From positions 7,068,001 through 7,132,000 of the forward strand of contig OX597814.1 in NCBI GenBank assembly GCA_951406725.2: a stretch of DNA of 64,000 nt, written 5' to 3'. The notes below the pieces were generated by a model. The model ran no database searches. It was not told where the DNA came from and saw only the letters and a program-made list of their open reading frames with translations. The position numbers were made by a program, and so were the translations under genes. Shown here piece after piece: positions 25,289 through 39,619 of the stretch. Position 1 is the first letter of the stretch; every line of letters starts with the position of its first letter. The stretch is from Octopus vulgaris (Eukaryota).

Positions 25289-25886
25289 TTGTTGTCTTTT
25301 CCTCAGTGCATAATTAGATATTTATGATTTGCAACATTAAATAAGTTAAATCCAACCTAAGCATTGTGTTGCCCTAAACAGCTGCCTCGTAAAAGAATCA
25401 CTGTAGTAGACATTACATGTTTAAAGCCAATCCCTGCCACGGTTTCTCTTTCTTAAACACCGAATCTCATTCAAAACACAAGAAGGATACAACAAACCAT
25501 TACAATGGTTTCTGTTTCTGCTTCAGTTGATAATCAGTCCATTCAACAACGAAGAGGGTCAGACATTTCTGAATAGAGTCTTTGTCGTTGCTCACCTTGT
25601 CAAAGCAGTTGAATATTCTCATTCTCGATTCTTAATGGCCATTTCTCTCCATGGATTTGATGCTTTTCACTTTTGAAATTTCAGATTCCAATCACTGAAA
25701 TCTCTTTTATTACAGTTAATTGAATGTCATTTGAAGATATGGAGAAAATTATACAAGATTGCCAATAATTGACTTCGATAGGAAATAGATAAATTCTGTA
25801 GTGATCAATCGTCCGTTAAATGGAAAGAAAATTTCCTTGAGAACCTAATAAGGATTTTTAGTTTTTGTCAGTTTAATTTTGATTAC

Positions 25887-25890
<4 letters not shown>

Positions 25891-25959
<69 letters not shown>

Positions 25960-25973
25960 TCTCTCTCTCTCTT
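25891..25973. repeat. (CT)n microsatellite
   Basis: Read directly. Confidence 0.95.
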
Positions 25974-26121
25974 TCTGACCATCATTAGGTGGAAATCTCA
26001 TCATATTGTTTATATATAAAAATGTTTTGGGGAGGAAAAAATGGCAGAAACATGTATGAAACAGGATGAAATTGCAGAGAAATGCTTATAATATTTATGA
26101 CTTCCATCAGGAGCAAGCACG

Positions 26122-26152
<31 letters not shown>

Positions 26153-27099
26153 TTATACAAAACACAATGGCAGCATGCATATGTTGTATGTCAGATTCTG
26201 TATCCTGCCGCAGACGTATGAATGGTATCAAACTCTCATGACCATCATGGAATATAACCAAGAGAATAAAAAAAAAAGATAAACTTGCAAGAAAGAGCAA
26301 AAGAAATTGACAAAATCCAAGCACCATGATTAAAGTTAAATGGTGACTAAAGTTGTTGGCTTGGTTCACTCTGTGTTGATAACCAACAAAACTGATCGGT
26401 TAGTAATTTAGGAATTTGATTTCTTGTATTTTTTATAAACCAAATGTTTTTGAAAGTTGTAAAAGACTGGGAATTCCAATAAGAAGCGAGAAATGTGATT
26501 ATTTCAGTAAAGTCAAGCAATGAACCAAACAAAATATCAATTCTTAGATTTTCCAGTTCTTTACAAATATCATAGTTTCACAAGAAGTCAGTATTTGTAT
26601 GACATGCGCTGACATTGATTAAACAGTCTCAGGGTATTACTGGTATTTATTTATAAAGGCAAAAAGCAAATCCAACTGTCATAAGGCTTGAACCACGATA
26701 CAATTAACAAATGAAATATGTTTATAATACAAATAAATTAGTGATGGTCTGTGATGATTATTGGAGGCTGTTAACAAAATAGGTTGATTGTCATGAGGTC
26801 AGGGACAGTTCTGACATTTAAAGAAGGATCGTTCTTTGAAGATATTAATCTTAACAACATTTCTTGAAGTACAAATAAAAAACTGCATCATTATTTTGGC
26901 CTGAAATGTTTAAGTCCCAACCAGCAAGAAGCTGGCAGATTGCTTTCAAATTGTCTTTCTTCTTTTCTGGTTTTTTTTTTCCTTCCTCTGGCCAAGACTC
27001 CAGGGATTCACCACATGCACATGCTTGCACACACATACACACACACACAGTTATGCACACGTATGTGTGCCCACATATATATCCATATATATATATATA

Positions 27100-27630
27100 T
27101 CATCATCATCATCATCATCATCATCATTTAACGTCCGCTTTCCATGCTAGCATGAGTTGGACGATTTGACTGAGGTCTGGCGAACCAGACTCCAATCTGA
27201 TCTGGCAGAGTTTCTACAGCTTGATGCCCTTCCTAACGCCAACCACTCCGAGAGTGTAGTGGGTGCTTTTACATGCCACTGGCATGAGGGCCAGTTTGGT
27301 GGTACTAGCAATGGCCACGCCCAAATGGTGCTTTTTATGTGCCACCTGCACAGGAGCCAGTCCAGCGGCACTGGCAATGACCTCGCTCAAATGGTACCTC
27401 ATACGTGTCACTGGCATGGGTGCCTCTTACGTGTCCCTAGCACAGGCCACAACCATGATTCATTTGGCTTGATGTGTCTTCTCAAGCACAGCAAATCACC
27501 AAAGGTCTCAGTCACTTGTCAACAGCCCCATGATGCTCAACACCTGAAGATTATGCTTCACCACCTTGTCCATGTCTTCCTGGATCTTCCTCTTCCACAA
27601 ATTCACTCCACAGTTAGAGATAAGCACTTT
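27100..27630 (-). mobile_element. RTE LINE 3' end and UTR
   Basis: Reverse complement of the RKTWDEVVKHDL region plus the UTR and (GAT)n tail. Confidence 0.8.
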
Positions 27631-27737
27631 GAAAGTGTGACATTGCACTTGGCCCTCTGGCCAAAAACTGATGAGGATTTGAGGACCTTCTGTGTCTGTT
27701 TTCCATTTGTTTGTGCATTTTATTATGTTTTTTTAAA

Positions 27738-27781
<44 letters not shown>

Positions 27782-28044
27782 TATATGCACACTTATAACT
27801 GTATAAATTCACACACACACACACACATCTGATGAGTATAAAGGCAAAGTTGACCCCAATAATATTTGAACTTGGAGTGCAGAGGCCCAGAATAACACAA
27901 GGTATGAGACACCCTAACCACTCATTAAATTAGCAAACTTTGAAAGGAAGCAAAATGTATTTTCCTATTTCACCCAATGATATTTTTGGATGTATAACAG
28001 TTTGAAGTTAAACCTTGTTTAGTGCTGGCTTGTGGAGAAATCTT

Positions 28045-28490
28045 TTTAGGCTTTGCCTCCCTTGGACACACAAAGACCTGTTGAGGCAAGCGAAGTCAAT
28101 ATCGAACCTCATCTGATGACAGGCACCTATGCCAACCTCCCTTTGCTTGCGAAGACCTGTTGGGGCAAGTGAAATCGGAATCGAAGTTGAACCAATCCTA
28201 TGACTGGCACCCGGCAGATGCCAGGACCCCTGGACTGGAGATATGTAAAAAGCACTATCCGAATAGTGGCACCAGCCTCGACTGGTACCAGTGCAGGTGG
28301 CATGTAAAAAGCACCCACTACACTCACGGAGTGGTTGGCGTTAGGAAGGGCATCCAGCTGTAGAAACTCTGCCAGATAAGACCAGAGCCTGGTGCAGCCT
28401 TCTGGCTTCCCAGATCCCCGGTCGAACCGTCCAACCCATGCTAGCATGGAGAACGGACGTTAAACGATGATGATGATGATGATGATGATG
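28045..28490 (+). mobile_element. RTE 3' UTR-derived repeat
   Basis: Highly similar to 22316-22698. Confidence 0.8.
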
Positions 28491-28873
28491 AAGTCACCAA
28501 CAATGCAGAGCAGAAGCATTGTGAGGTTCTGCCAGAGTCACATCTCAACAGCTGCTTCATCAGGTTTCATCTCACTGTTTACAAAGTTGTAGTAATTGCA
28601 TCAGAGATAGGAATTTTATTCTCCAAACAATTACTACTCTGTGTGTGCACGTGTGTGTGTGTGGTTGTGTGTGTGTGTGTGCATGCGTAAATGTATAAAG
28701 TAATAGAATATAACTTAAGCCATTCAACTTAATCCAAATATCTATATAAACCCAGAATAATCATTAGCTACATTTGTTTTATTAACATTTCAAACAGGTT
28801 TCCTGCAATGTTTACTTGCAACCTCTCACTTGCAATGCTGAAATGAATGTTTATAAGCCTTCAACAAACTTAA

Positions 28874-29093
28874 CCCTTTAGTGTTTAAACCGGCCATATC
28901 CGGCCAAAATATTCTACCTATTTTATGTTCAAACTAGTCAGATATGGTCATTCATAGCTATTTTATTGTGTCATTTTAAAAATAAACAATCACATCATTG
29001 AAATCTCAAAGCCATGAAATGATGCAAGATTAATTTTACATGGTGTGAATACATAAGCTTTACATTTTACAGAATAATCTGAATGCTAAAGGG
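28874..29093. mobile_element. piggyBac-type MITE
   Basis: TTAA|CCCTTTAG...CTAAAGGG|TTAA. Confidence 0.85.
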
Positions 29094-29669
29094 TTAATAA
29101 GCTGGGCATATTTGTTCTTAAATAAAAGGGACATAGTTTTAAATATGTATAGAGAGATTCCTTTCAGTTTTGGAGGGAAAATAGCTGAAGTGTAAATATT
29201 TTATGATGCTTTGTCATTATGAACAAACAAGTTATTTTCAACAATGATTTAAGCAGTCAAATTTTAGAATGAATAATTTTAATAGTCAAAAATAATTCGA
29301 AAAATAAAACTACCTTCTTTTGGGTATATATATATATATATATATATAAAGTTAATCCAAACATGATAACACAAGGAGAAAACACAACAATGCAAGGATG
29401 TGGAACAAGTATAGTATTATTGGATGCTCAGGAAAGAAGGAAAGAAGGAGGGTTTAACTTTTCGAGCGGAGCTCTTTCCATGCTGTAATTGTTGTATATA
29501 TATTTATATATATATATATATATATATGCAACAATTGCAGCATGGAAGGTGTCTGTAAGCCATTTAAAAACACACAAAAACCATTAGATTCACTTCAACA
29601 TCTAAATTTAATTTGCCAAAATATTTCCAGCACTTTGAGACCACAACCAGTTCACTGACAAAATTCCAC

Positions 29670-29990
29670 GCGGAACTTCCTCCTCCACTGCTAACTTGGT
29701 CACCTAAATAACAGAAGCTATATGCTTCCTCTAAGAATCTTCCTGGACATTTGATGGAGTCTGTTCTCTGTACATTCTTAGTGCTTATTGTATGTGTACA
29801 TCTACCACACACAAAGACAACTTTCTTTGTTACCCTTCCTCTGGTATTGCTGCACCTCTTATGTGTCCATAGCTTGCACAGGGTACATCTTATGGAGATT
29901 CTAAAGATGCCTTTTCTACATATTAAAGGATTTGTGATTTGTCTATTTTCCTACTTACTAAGACTTTGGTCTTTGCTAAACTTTCGTGTC
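29670..29990 (-). mobile_element. RTE LINE ORF fragment, inverted relative to its neighbour
   Basis: Minus strand reads FLEEAYSFCYLGDQVSSGGGS. Confidence 0.7.
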
Positions 29991-31180
29991 CAGTAGATGC
30001 ACAGGGGCAGCAAACACCACAGTTGCTCAGAAAACAGATTCCACCACATTCCAGGGGTAAAAACTAGAAGTAGTTGATAGCTTTCGCTACCTAGGTGACC
30101 AAGTCTGCAGTGGGGGCGGATGCTCAGAGAGTGTTACCACTAGAATAAGAATAGCCTGGCCAAAGTTTAGAAAGCTTCTACCCCTACAGGTGACAAAGGG
30201 CCTCAGAGTGAAAGGAAGATTGTATGATGCAGGTGTGCGAACTGCCGTGCCTCACAGCAGTGAAACATGGCTGTGGCTGCAGAGGACATGCATAGGCTTG
30301 AAAGAAGTGAAGCTAGCATGATCCACTGGATGTGTAATGACAGTGTCCATGAATGACAAAGTGTAAGCGCCCTGAGAGAAATGTTGGACATAGGAAGCAT
30401 CAGATGTGGTGTGCAAGGGAGACGTCTGCACTGATATGGTCATGTACTATGGATGGATGAGGAGAGATGTGTGAAGAAGTGCCACTCCCAAACAGTGGAA
30501 GGAACCCGTGATATAGGGAAACCCAGGAAGACATGGGATGAGGTGGTGAAGCATGACCTTTGAACATTGAGCCTCACAGAGGCAATGACAAAAGACTGAG
30601 ACCTCTGGAGATATACTGTGACTGTGAAGACTCAGCAAATAAAGTGAGACCGCAGCTGTAACCTACACCATTGTCGCATAACCAGCCCACTCAAAACAGT
30701 ACCTTTGGATCGTAGGGTGACATGCTGTGCTTGAGGAAACCCTATGGAGTCAAGTAAAATCAAAATCAAAATCAAATCAAACCACAATCAAATGGAAATT
30801 GTAGTTGTGACTAATTCCAGTGTCACCTTTCTGGCTCCCTGTGCTGGTGGCATGTAAAAAGCACCATCCGAACATGGCTGATGCTAGGGCCACCTTGACC
30901 AGCTCCCATGCCGGTGGTATGTAAAAACACCCTCCAAATGTGGTCGATGCCAGCCCCCTCTGGCCCCTGTGTCAGTGCCACATAAACAGCACCCACTACA
31001 CTTTCAGAGTGGTTGGCGTTAGGAAGGGCATCCAGCTGTAGAAACATTGCCAGATCAGATTAGAGCCTGGTGTAGCCTCCTTGCTTCCCAGACCCCTGTC
31101 AAACTGTCCAACCCATGCCAGCATGGAAAACGGCATCATCATCATCCTCATGTTAAACGATGATGATGATGATGATGATT
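29990..31180 (+). mobile_element. RTE LINE 3' end (decayed ORF, long 3' UTR, (GAT)n tail)
   Basis: VVDSFRYLGDQV..RVKGRLYD..SETWA..YGHV..GKPRKTWDEVVKHDL, with stop codons. Confidence 0.85.
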
Positions 31181-32108
31181 ACTAAAATATCTCAGTTTTT
31201 ATCCAGAGATGAGTGACAAGCAAACTGATGGGAACATTAATCCTTGACAAACTATACTCTTGACTTTTTTTATTTTATTTCTATTTAAAACGTTCTCACT
31301 GTTCGGAAACTCATGAAAGTCACAGCTTCTCATTTTCTCTTCCAATAAATGGTATTCTTCATGCCTCCGTAAGGAATCATTAGATTAGAAAATCTTTCAA
31401 AGCATTCCTCCCATAAAGCTAATGGCTTGTCACTAATATGTAAATGATATGACAAAATATCTATAAAAAGAAACTGTAGGATTCTTTTATACATCTCTCA
31501 CTTCACAAAAATAGCTTAGAAAAAAAAGAAAAACACAGGTACAAAAACAACACAAACCAAAAAAGAAAAATGAAAATTTCCACCATCAACTTGCTTATGG
31601 GAAAATAAACAGCTTATGGGAAAATAAACAGCTAAAACTAACACCACTTCAGTTTCGCTACTTGTGAGTGATTGATTATCGTGCTTTGTCATTGAATGTT
31701 TTTTTTATATCTGAGTTTTGTGGAGCAATTAGAGATAGAAGCTTGGATAATATTCAAGACAGCCATATTCCATTAGGGATTTGGTGTTGGGTGGATGGGT
31801 GTCACTCGAAGATCAAAGTGTGAATAACATTTGAAAAGAGAAAACGAAAAGCAAAACTAGAAAGTATCATTTTGCTGAGTGTGGTTTAATGTAAGATAAT
31901 ACATGAAAACCCTGTTTCATTTCTTGGAGCTCATGTCAAAGACTGGGTTAAAGATCACTAAACATCATTTTTTATTATTTTTTTAATCTTTTATGATGCT
32001 CATATACTTTCCCTGTTATGAATTAGATTAGGGACCCATTCTCCTGGAAGTTTCCTTTACCTGTTCAATGAGGTTTGTTAGAGATTAAGTTGATGGCTTA
32101 TAAAAGAA

Positions 32109-32505
32109 CTAGCAGTATCGCCCGGCGTTGCTCGGGTTTGTAAGGGAAATAACTATATAAGCATTTTTAGAGATGTAAAGTATAATAGCCATCTCAATAT
32201 GGCTAACCACAAAGGGGGGTGTGTTACTGTAGCTTTTTACGTTCTGAGATTTAATAATAAATTTTTAGAGAGTTACTTCCCTTATATATGCCAAAAATGC
32301 ATTAAAAATGGGAAAAATTGATGGTAAATTTTTTTTTAAATCGTAGACTCATCGTAGATGTGCGCTAATACCCAGAAGGGCTCGATATGAATCACGACTA
32401 TAAGATACCCGGTTTTGGTTAAACTGCACTGCAAAATGTGGGAGTAGTTAGGAATCTAAATCGTAGGAGACAGACAGCACACAACCTCACTTTTATATAT
32501 AAAGA
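32109..32505 (-). mobile_element. Non-autonomous Helitron
   Basis: On minus: 5' A|TCTTTATATAT, 3' hairpin CCCGAGCAACGCCGGG then CTAG|T; both ends shared with 55553-56066. Confidence 0.85.
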
Positions 32506-32650
32506 TATATGTGAAGATATACTGGACACACACTAGTAAAATATTATAAGGAATAAAGACGAAGCAGCAGGAGGGAATGGAACCTGTGTCTTCTAATTGA
32601 CACAATGTGAAATGGATGAGGTTCAGGACAGAATAAGAAAATGACTTTAA

Positions 32651-32871
32651 CCCTTTAGCATTTAATCCGGCCATATCCGGTTGAAATGTTCTATTTGTTT
32701 TATGTTCAAATTGGCCAGATCCAGCCTCTCACACAGACCCTATAATGTCATTCTTACAAATAAACAATTGCATCATCGAAATCTTGAAGCTACATGAAAA
32801 TGCATGTTTAATTCAAAACAATATAAGTTAATAAGCATTACAATTGACAGAATAATCTGAATGCTAAAGGG
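32651..32871. mobile_element. piggyBac-type MITE
   Basis: TTAA|CCCTTTAGCATT...AATGCTAAAGGG|TTAA. Confidence 0.87.
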
Positions 32872-33102
32872 TTAATCAAGTGAAAAATTAAGTTTTGAAT
32901 ATACATTGAAAGATGGGTAACTATACAAGATGTCAGTTGATGTCCAACACACCATGCTGACTTGTCCATCACTCTCTCTAGTTCCATGTGTGCTTTATTA
33001 AAAGAGACTATTCTATTGCAAGCATTCAGAGTAGGTTCCCTGCTGGTAGGATTATCATGACTCCACAGGGCACTAACACACTATACACCTCCCTAGATGT
33101 CG

Positions 33103-33143
<41 letters not shown>

Positions 33144-34583
33144 GTTACTGTTATTATTATTTTTTAGTATTATTAACCTGCTCAACAATTCACCGTCCTT
33201 CTCTCTTGCACACATGAACCTCAATCCAACCTAAACCTTCACATCACTTACACGTAAACTCCCACTTCTTACTTCAAACACCCAAAGTCACAAATTTTTC
33301 AACCTTCACCTGTTGTCCACTTTTACTTACACTCTGTACTAAAAACTCATTCTTAAAATGGTGTCAGCACTCCTGCAAGACATCTTTTTATGTCAGTCAG
33401 TAACAAACACCCCCAATTACCTTTGCTGAAAGCCTCCTTCCTCCCTTTCTAAATACATCTCTTTCCTCAACCCTTCTAGAAACGCTTCCAACCACCAACA
33501 ATTCTTTGCCTATATCCTTTTAATGATAGCTACTCTCATATTCTCACATCAAAGACATACATCTCAATCCCTCCCCCTCTGAATTCACTGTTCTTAGTGA
33601 CTGCAGTACTTGCAACCTCTAATATAGCCCTCACACACATTCTATGCCGATGCATCCGATACAAAAACCAAATATTTTGCAGTCCTGCTTCAATTAGTTT
33701 TATCATCCACAAGCATCTCTACCATTACTCTGGCAATCTAAAACATCTTCTCATCTCTTTATCATCTCAAAACTGAGCCTCTTACCAGATCATCGCTGGT
33801 TCTGCCTCTATCAAGTCCTCTGACCACTGTGATGCATTCCATACTTCACATTTAGATGTGCATCTTTTTAAGCAAGTACCTCTATATCCTACACACAGCT
33901 AAACTTCTGAAATCCAAGATTCACTCATAGTACCACTGCAGCAGTTCAGACAAAGAATGTAGTTTACAATGACTAGGGAAAAAATCATTCCCTGTTACAA
34001 ACTGGGAAGTTCTTACCCAGTTTGTAGCAATTCCTGCAACACAAACATCAGAGTTCAAAGGATGTCTCCATGCCTTGCACAGTGAAATCCATTCTTATAA
34101 ATTGTTTTTTTTAAGTCCTTTTTGAATAAAATCTTTGAGGAATCCCACTTTCCTTTACTTCTCTGCAGTTCTTCTTCAGAGAAAGGCTCCACATTTTCTG
34201 CCCATGCACACCTGAGTTAATTTCTGCCAAAACTATCCCTTTCCACTCTGCCAGGTTCACTACCATGCTCAGATATACGGGAGTACAAAGCACTGATGCT
34301 GACAGTGTCCTCAATGAGTTCTAGACGTATCCCCATCAAACTATCTAATCTTCTGTCTCTCTCTCTCTCTCTTTCTCTCTCTATCCTGTTCTTTACTCTT
34401 AATGACTACCAGTATGGCTTCTGTAACGAGAGATCGACAAGAGACCTTTTCTGCTATTCACCCAACAGGAAGCTCACTCCCTCTAGAAATCTGAAGCATT
34501 ATTGCTGCAAAACTTTCCACCGGGTCTGGTCCACGAATCTTCTAAAACTGCCCAATTCTGAGCTCCATCTATCCCTCATGCTC

Positions 34584-34621
<38 letters not shown>

Positions 34622-36319
34622 AAACCCACATACTACCAAATCTAGTGTATCGTACATTCTTCTTCTTATACATCAATGACTTTATCCTCAAGCACAAACG
34701 ATACGCAATTAAACCTTTCTAAACTGCCTCAAATGTTTGACCTTCCACTGCTGGTGATTTCTCCTGGCGATTGGTCAATTCATGGTGATGACCCGAGGTC
34801 ACGGTGACGGCACTACTTTTGTCATTCATAAGTTACAACTAAACGTGAAGAATTTAGTTATTGGGTTAATAAAATATGGTCGTTTATTCGTGTGTAATAA
34901 ATAAAATATCAAACTCATTCCCTATGGATACCGTATTTATTACAACGAGTGGCTTGTAATAAATACGGTATCCATAGGGAACTCGTTTGGTATTCTCTCT
35001 CTCTTCTACCGCTGCTTCACTGGTTGATGTTCTTCGTAGATGGTTGAACTTCTGACCCATATTGTGTTCCCAATCGCTTTACGTTCCTCGCGAACCATTG
35101 TGCCAAGTTCTTTATGCTCACAACATCAGTCTTCTGGAACTCACTCCAACAACCGTCAACTTGCAACTGTGAAAGAAGAATGTTGATCTCACCGGTGTCG
35201 GAGCGCCCGCAAAGACCATGGACTCACTTCCTTCACAAAGATCAACCACACACACACACAAACAAACAAACAAATACACACGCACAAATATATAAACGTA
35301 GATGGCTGCTGACTTTCTCAGGAAAGCTGGTAATATAAACTGCTTAATGTTCCAAGACGCCGCCAAGTCAAAGGCTCAATTTACACCTGACAGCTTTAAT
35401 GTTTCGTATTTATGTCCACACTTCACAAAAAGTTATTTTTGAGTCAGTATTAGCGAAGCAAACTTACTTATATAAATCACATCAACACAGACTTTCCTTT
35501 AACTCCAGACGTTTTTATGTAATGCTTTATCGTCTGATGCACACCAAGCAATACACTAAAAGATAGCAATTCAAAATTGCAATTCCAGTCTGAAACTACT
35601 AAGTCTTGCATCAAAACAATTTCAGTTGAATAATCGGGAGACAGGGCAGAAGTTCAAAACGAAGATTACTGCCCACTTTTTATGTCATGCGGCAATTCTT
35701 CTTTCAATCGTCTTTCAACAGGATCCACTTTCTTCATTACAACTAAAAAGCAGTGTAAGATATTGTAGAATATAGACGTTGGCGAAAACATTTGTCTCAG
35801 TAACACTTTACTCATTGTGAATGAAAGTGTGCCAACATTATTAAATATATCCATAAATTCACTGATTCAAATAACTTGGGAGAAAACTTCAGAGTTTTGT
35901 CTTCGTCTTTTTGCTTTTGTAAAATTTTTTTTGTAGAAAAATAAGTCATGAAAGGGAAGAATCATCTAAAAATAAAATGGCTTATTTTAGATTGTAAATC
36001 TTGATAAAAAAAGAAAAGCTTAGGTGATTTGCTTCAGTGATTTCTTTGAATACAGATCTCTATGATGGAATCATTAATTTATTTTTATATCTAACATCAT
36101 TTTTACTTAAAGAATAATCGATTTTATTGCTTCACTTACTACTACAGCACATCCCATGCAAATTACATGTAGATCTTTTATTTCCAGGTAAAATAGCAAA
36201 AACAGTGATAAGAAGCAAATGAAAATGTGAAAATCAAACAAAAATATATCAACGGAAGATACAGACAAATGGTTAGGAACACAACGTGATAGCCCTTTTC
36301 CCCACGTGCGTATATACAT

Positions 36320-36350
<31 letters not shown>

Positions 36351-36506
36351 CATGCATACACACACACATTGATGTATGTGTGTGTATGGTATGCATAAAT
36401 GTGTGTGTGTCTATACACACACACACACAAACTATACTAACCATTATACTGAGTTTCATGTACCTAATTTTTGTCTGGTACACTCACACACATAATATTA
36501 CTATCA

Positions 36507-36542
36507 ATAATAACAATGATAATAATAATAATAATAATAATG

Positions 36543-36603
<61 letters not shown>
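36507..36603. repeat. (AAT)n microsatellite
   Basis: Read directly. Confidence 0.95.
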
Positions 36604-36604
<1 letters not shown>

Positions 36605-36605
<1 letters not shown>

Positions 36606-37192
36606 GAAAATGGAGTAGATCCAGAGTGCCGATACTGTAACGATGAAATTGAAACAGTGGACCACCTAATCTCTGGGTAATAAGGTTTTAGCACCAGTAA
36701 AGTCTAAATCAAGACATGACAAAGTTGGCCAATATCTACACTGGATAATGTGTTGGCATTATAAAATCAAAACTGCTGACCAATGGTACAAGCACCACCC
36801 TGAGGTTGTTAGAGAGGGAGAAAATGTAGCGATTCTTTGAGATTTTCCAGTACATACAGACCGGACCACCAAAGCTAATAAACCAGAAATTGTTGTGAAA
36901 GACCAAAACAATAAAGTCTATTGATTGACGTGAGCATAGTTTGTGATCATAATATTTCAACAAAAGAATTTGATAAGCTCAGGAAATATAAAGATTTGCT
37001 CATTGAAGTCGAAAAGATGTGGCATCTCAAGACGGTTACAATACCAGTGATTGCGGGAGCACTTGGAATGATCAAAAAGGGAAATGAAAATGATTTAAGA
37101 ATGATCTCTTGCTTACCATCCATGCAGGAAGTGCAAAAGATTGTCTTAACTGGTAACTGGTCACATGTATGGAGAAGAGCATTATCACTGTG
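36605..37192 (+). mobile_element. R4/Dong-like LINE 3' fragment
   Basis: CRYCNDEIETVDHLISG, SRHDKVGQYLHW, ANKPEIVVKD, LIDVSI and KYKDLLIEVEKMW..IPVIAGALG; abuts (AAT)n. Confidence 0.85.
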
Positions 37193-37347
37193 AATTTTCT
37201 TTCCTTTTTTCCCTTTATTTTCTTTGTTTTCTTTTTTCATTTTTTTCTTTTTTTTCCCCTTTGTTCCTCTATCTTTGTTCGCTTTTCTTTCTATCACATG
37301 ATTTTCTAAATAAACAATCTGGTGTGTTTCTTCTAATGACCTACCAA

Positions 37348-38219
37348 TCTCTATATTATAAATCTGAAATGCGAAAAGTTTGTTTGTTTGTTTGTCTGGT
37401 TTTGGCATTGAGAACGGGTTAAAGGCCACTAGATCCCGTCGGATTGACTCCATTGACATGTAAAATGAGGTGACGATGCGAGTGGGCTAGGTTATAAATC
37501 CCTATCTTAAAAGGTGTCGTTGCTAGGGCCAAAAACGCACTTTAACAAGTCGACTCTCATTCTTTTATATATCTGTCTTCCTCCGTCACTCATTCTCTTT
37601 CCTCCCTTCCCATCACTTTCTATATATAACGTCGTTTCACAGCGTCTAACTCCCCTTCACTTTCTCTTTAGAACGTCGTTTCACAGCGTTCTGTATCTCC
37701 CCCTCCCCGCCTTCGACAGCGCTTTCACACACTCTCTCTCTCTCACTACGTCTGTCTGCATTCATAAACAGAATTATCATCGCCACAACCACCACCACAC
37801 AATCATGAGAACAAATATTATGAATCAGATATTTATTGGGTTAATTTTATATGTGTGTGTGTGTGTGTTCTATATATAAATATGTATATATAATGTATAA
37901 ATACAAAGTGTATATATCTGTATTTATGTATATTAAACTTTTTAATACTTTTTGATAGTTATATTTTTTTTTAAATTATAAATATAAATTAGTAATTTTA
38001 ATTTTAAATTTAAATAATTTAAATTTTAAAATTTTATATTTTATATATTTTGTATATTATATTTTTATTTTTATGTTTTGGTTTATGTTTTTTCACTGTT
38101 TGATTTGCCTAATAGTGGTTTTATCTCTAATTTAATTTATATATATATATATATCATTTGTATACATTTGTATATATAATGCGTACACACAAACACACAC
38201 ACACACATATATATAATGC

Positions 38220-38280
<61 letters not shown>

Positions 38281-39467
38281 CATTATGTGGTCGGTTGTGC
38301 TGAAAGTATGCACACCTATGTTAAAAGTGCGGGCGAGTTTGCATGGCAACTATTTTTTTCCTCAAATGAAAGGCGTAACCTCTAGGACAAAATTCCTCAT
38401 CTTATAAAATGTGGCCCCAGTAGACCCGAATGAAATCGGGTTATATTAACCAAAGTGTGAAAAGAGGTCTAAATGGGGCTTGAAGGGGATTAAAATTTAC
38501 AAGAGCGGGTGTTTAGGAATTCTCTGTTACATCAAGCTAAAAAATTTGCGCCAGCCTTTAGATCATCAATGTGTTGCCGTCCATCATGAAGAAGTTTTGA
38601 ATGCTTGCCATGGTGAGTCTACTGCCGTGAGAAAGAATCACTTCAAAGCTTGGTGTTTATGAATTTTCTTTTACATCAAGTTCAAAATTTTACGCCAGCC
38701 GTTAAATTGCCACTATGTTACTGTCCGTCGTTAAGAAATGCCAGCCATGGTGACTCTACTATCCTCAGATTCTATCCTTTCAAACTTTGGTTTCCAATAT
38801 TTTTTTTTATTCAGCTCGCAAGTTCGTCTGTCCCTTTTAAATGTTAGTGTTTTGCTTTCTGCCTTGAAGCAGACCTTTCCGTTGTCACTGCCTGATATTT
38901 ATGATTGATCTTTCAAACTACTTTCTTTCTCAACTTACTCAAGATCTTTTGTTGTTTATAAATGGGAGAGAGATAGATAGAGAAAGATAGAGAGTAAGAG
39001 AAGGCGAGGGAGAGTCCGAGAGAAAGGAAGAGTAAGAGAGTGGGAAAGGGAGAGAGAGAAAGGAGAGAGAAACAAAGAGGGAGAATCATCATCATCATCG
39101 TTTAACGTCCGTTTTCCGTGCTAGCACGGGTTGGACGGTTTGACCGGGGCCTGGGAAGCCAGGAGGCTGCACCAGGCTCCAGTCTGATCTGACAGCGTTT
39201 CTACAGCTGGATGCCCTTCCTAACGCCAACCACTCCGTGAGTGCAGTGGGTGCTTTTTTCATGCCACCGGCACAGGTGCCACGGGGGAGGGGCGCTGGCA
39301 TTGGCCACGATCGGTTGGTGCTTTTTACGTGCCACCGGCACAGAAGCCAGTTAAGGTGGCGCTGCCATCGGCCACGTTCGGATGGTGCTTTTTACGTGCC
39401 GAAAAGATGCAACAGAAAATAACAACCACACTCTTACCCGCGCGTAGAGCGGGTCACCTTAAGCTAG
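37348..39467 (+). mobile_element. Non-autonomous Helitron (about 2.1 kb) containing an RTE-UTR insertion
   Basis: 5' end A|TCTCTATATTATAAA; hairpin ACCCGCGCGTAGAGCGGGT followed by CTAG at 39464-39467. Confidence 0.75.
39087..39400 (-). mobile_element. RTE 3' UTR-derived repeat
   Basis: Same family as 22316-22698. Confidence 0.8.
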
Positions 39468-39618
39468 TCAATATTTATAAATCAGAAATGAGAAAGTTTG
39501 TTTGTCTGGTTTTGATATTGGAACGGGTTAAAGGGCACTAGATCGCGTTGGATTGACTCCAAAAGTTTCAGGGACATGTAAAATGAGGTGAGGATGCGAG
39601 TGGGCTAGGTTAGAAATC
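39468..39618 (+). mobile_element. 5' end of a second Helitron copy in tandem
   Basis: Repeats 37348-37500 with divergence, starting immediately after the CTAG. Confidence 0.75.
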
Positions 39619-39619
39619 G

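Noticed and set aside
35020-35230. Possible minus-strand exon after TTCTTCTTTCACAG (LQVDGCWSEFQK...)
   Set aside because: Splice-like signals only, with no homology or neighbouring exons to support it
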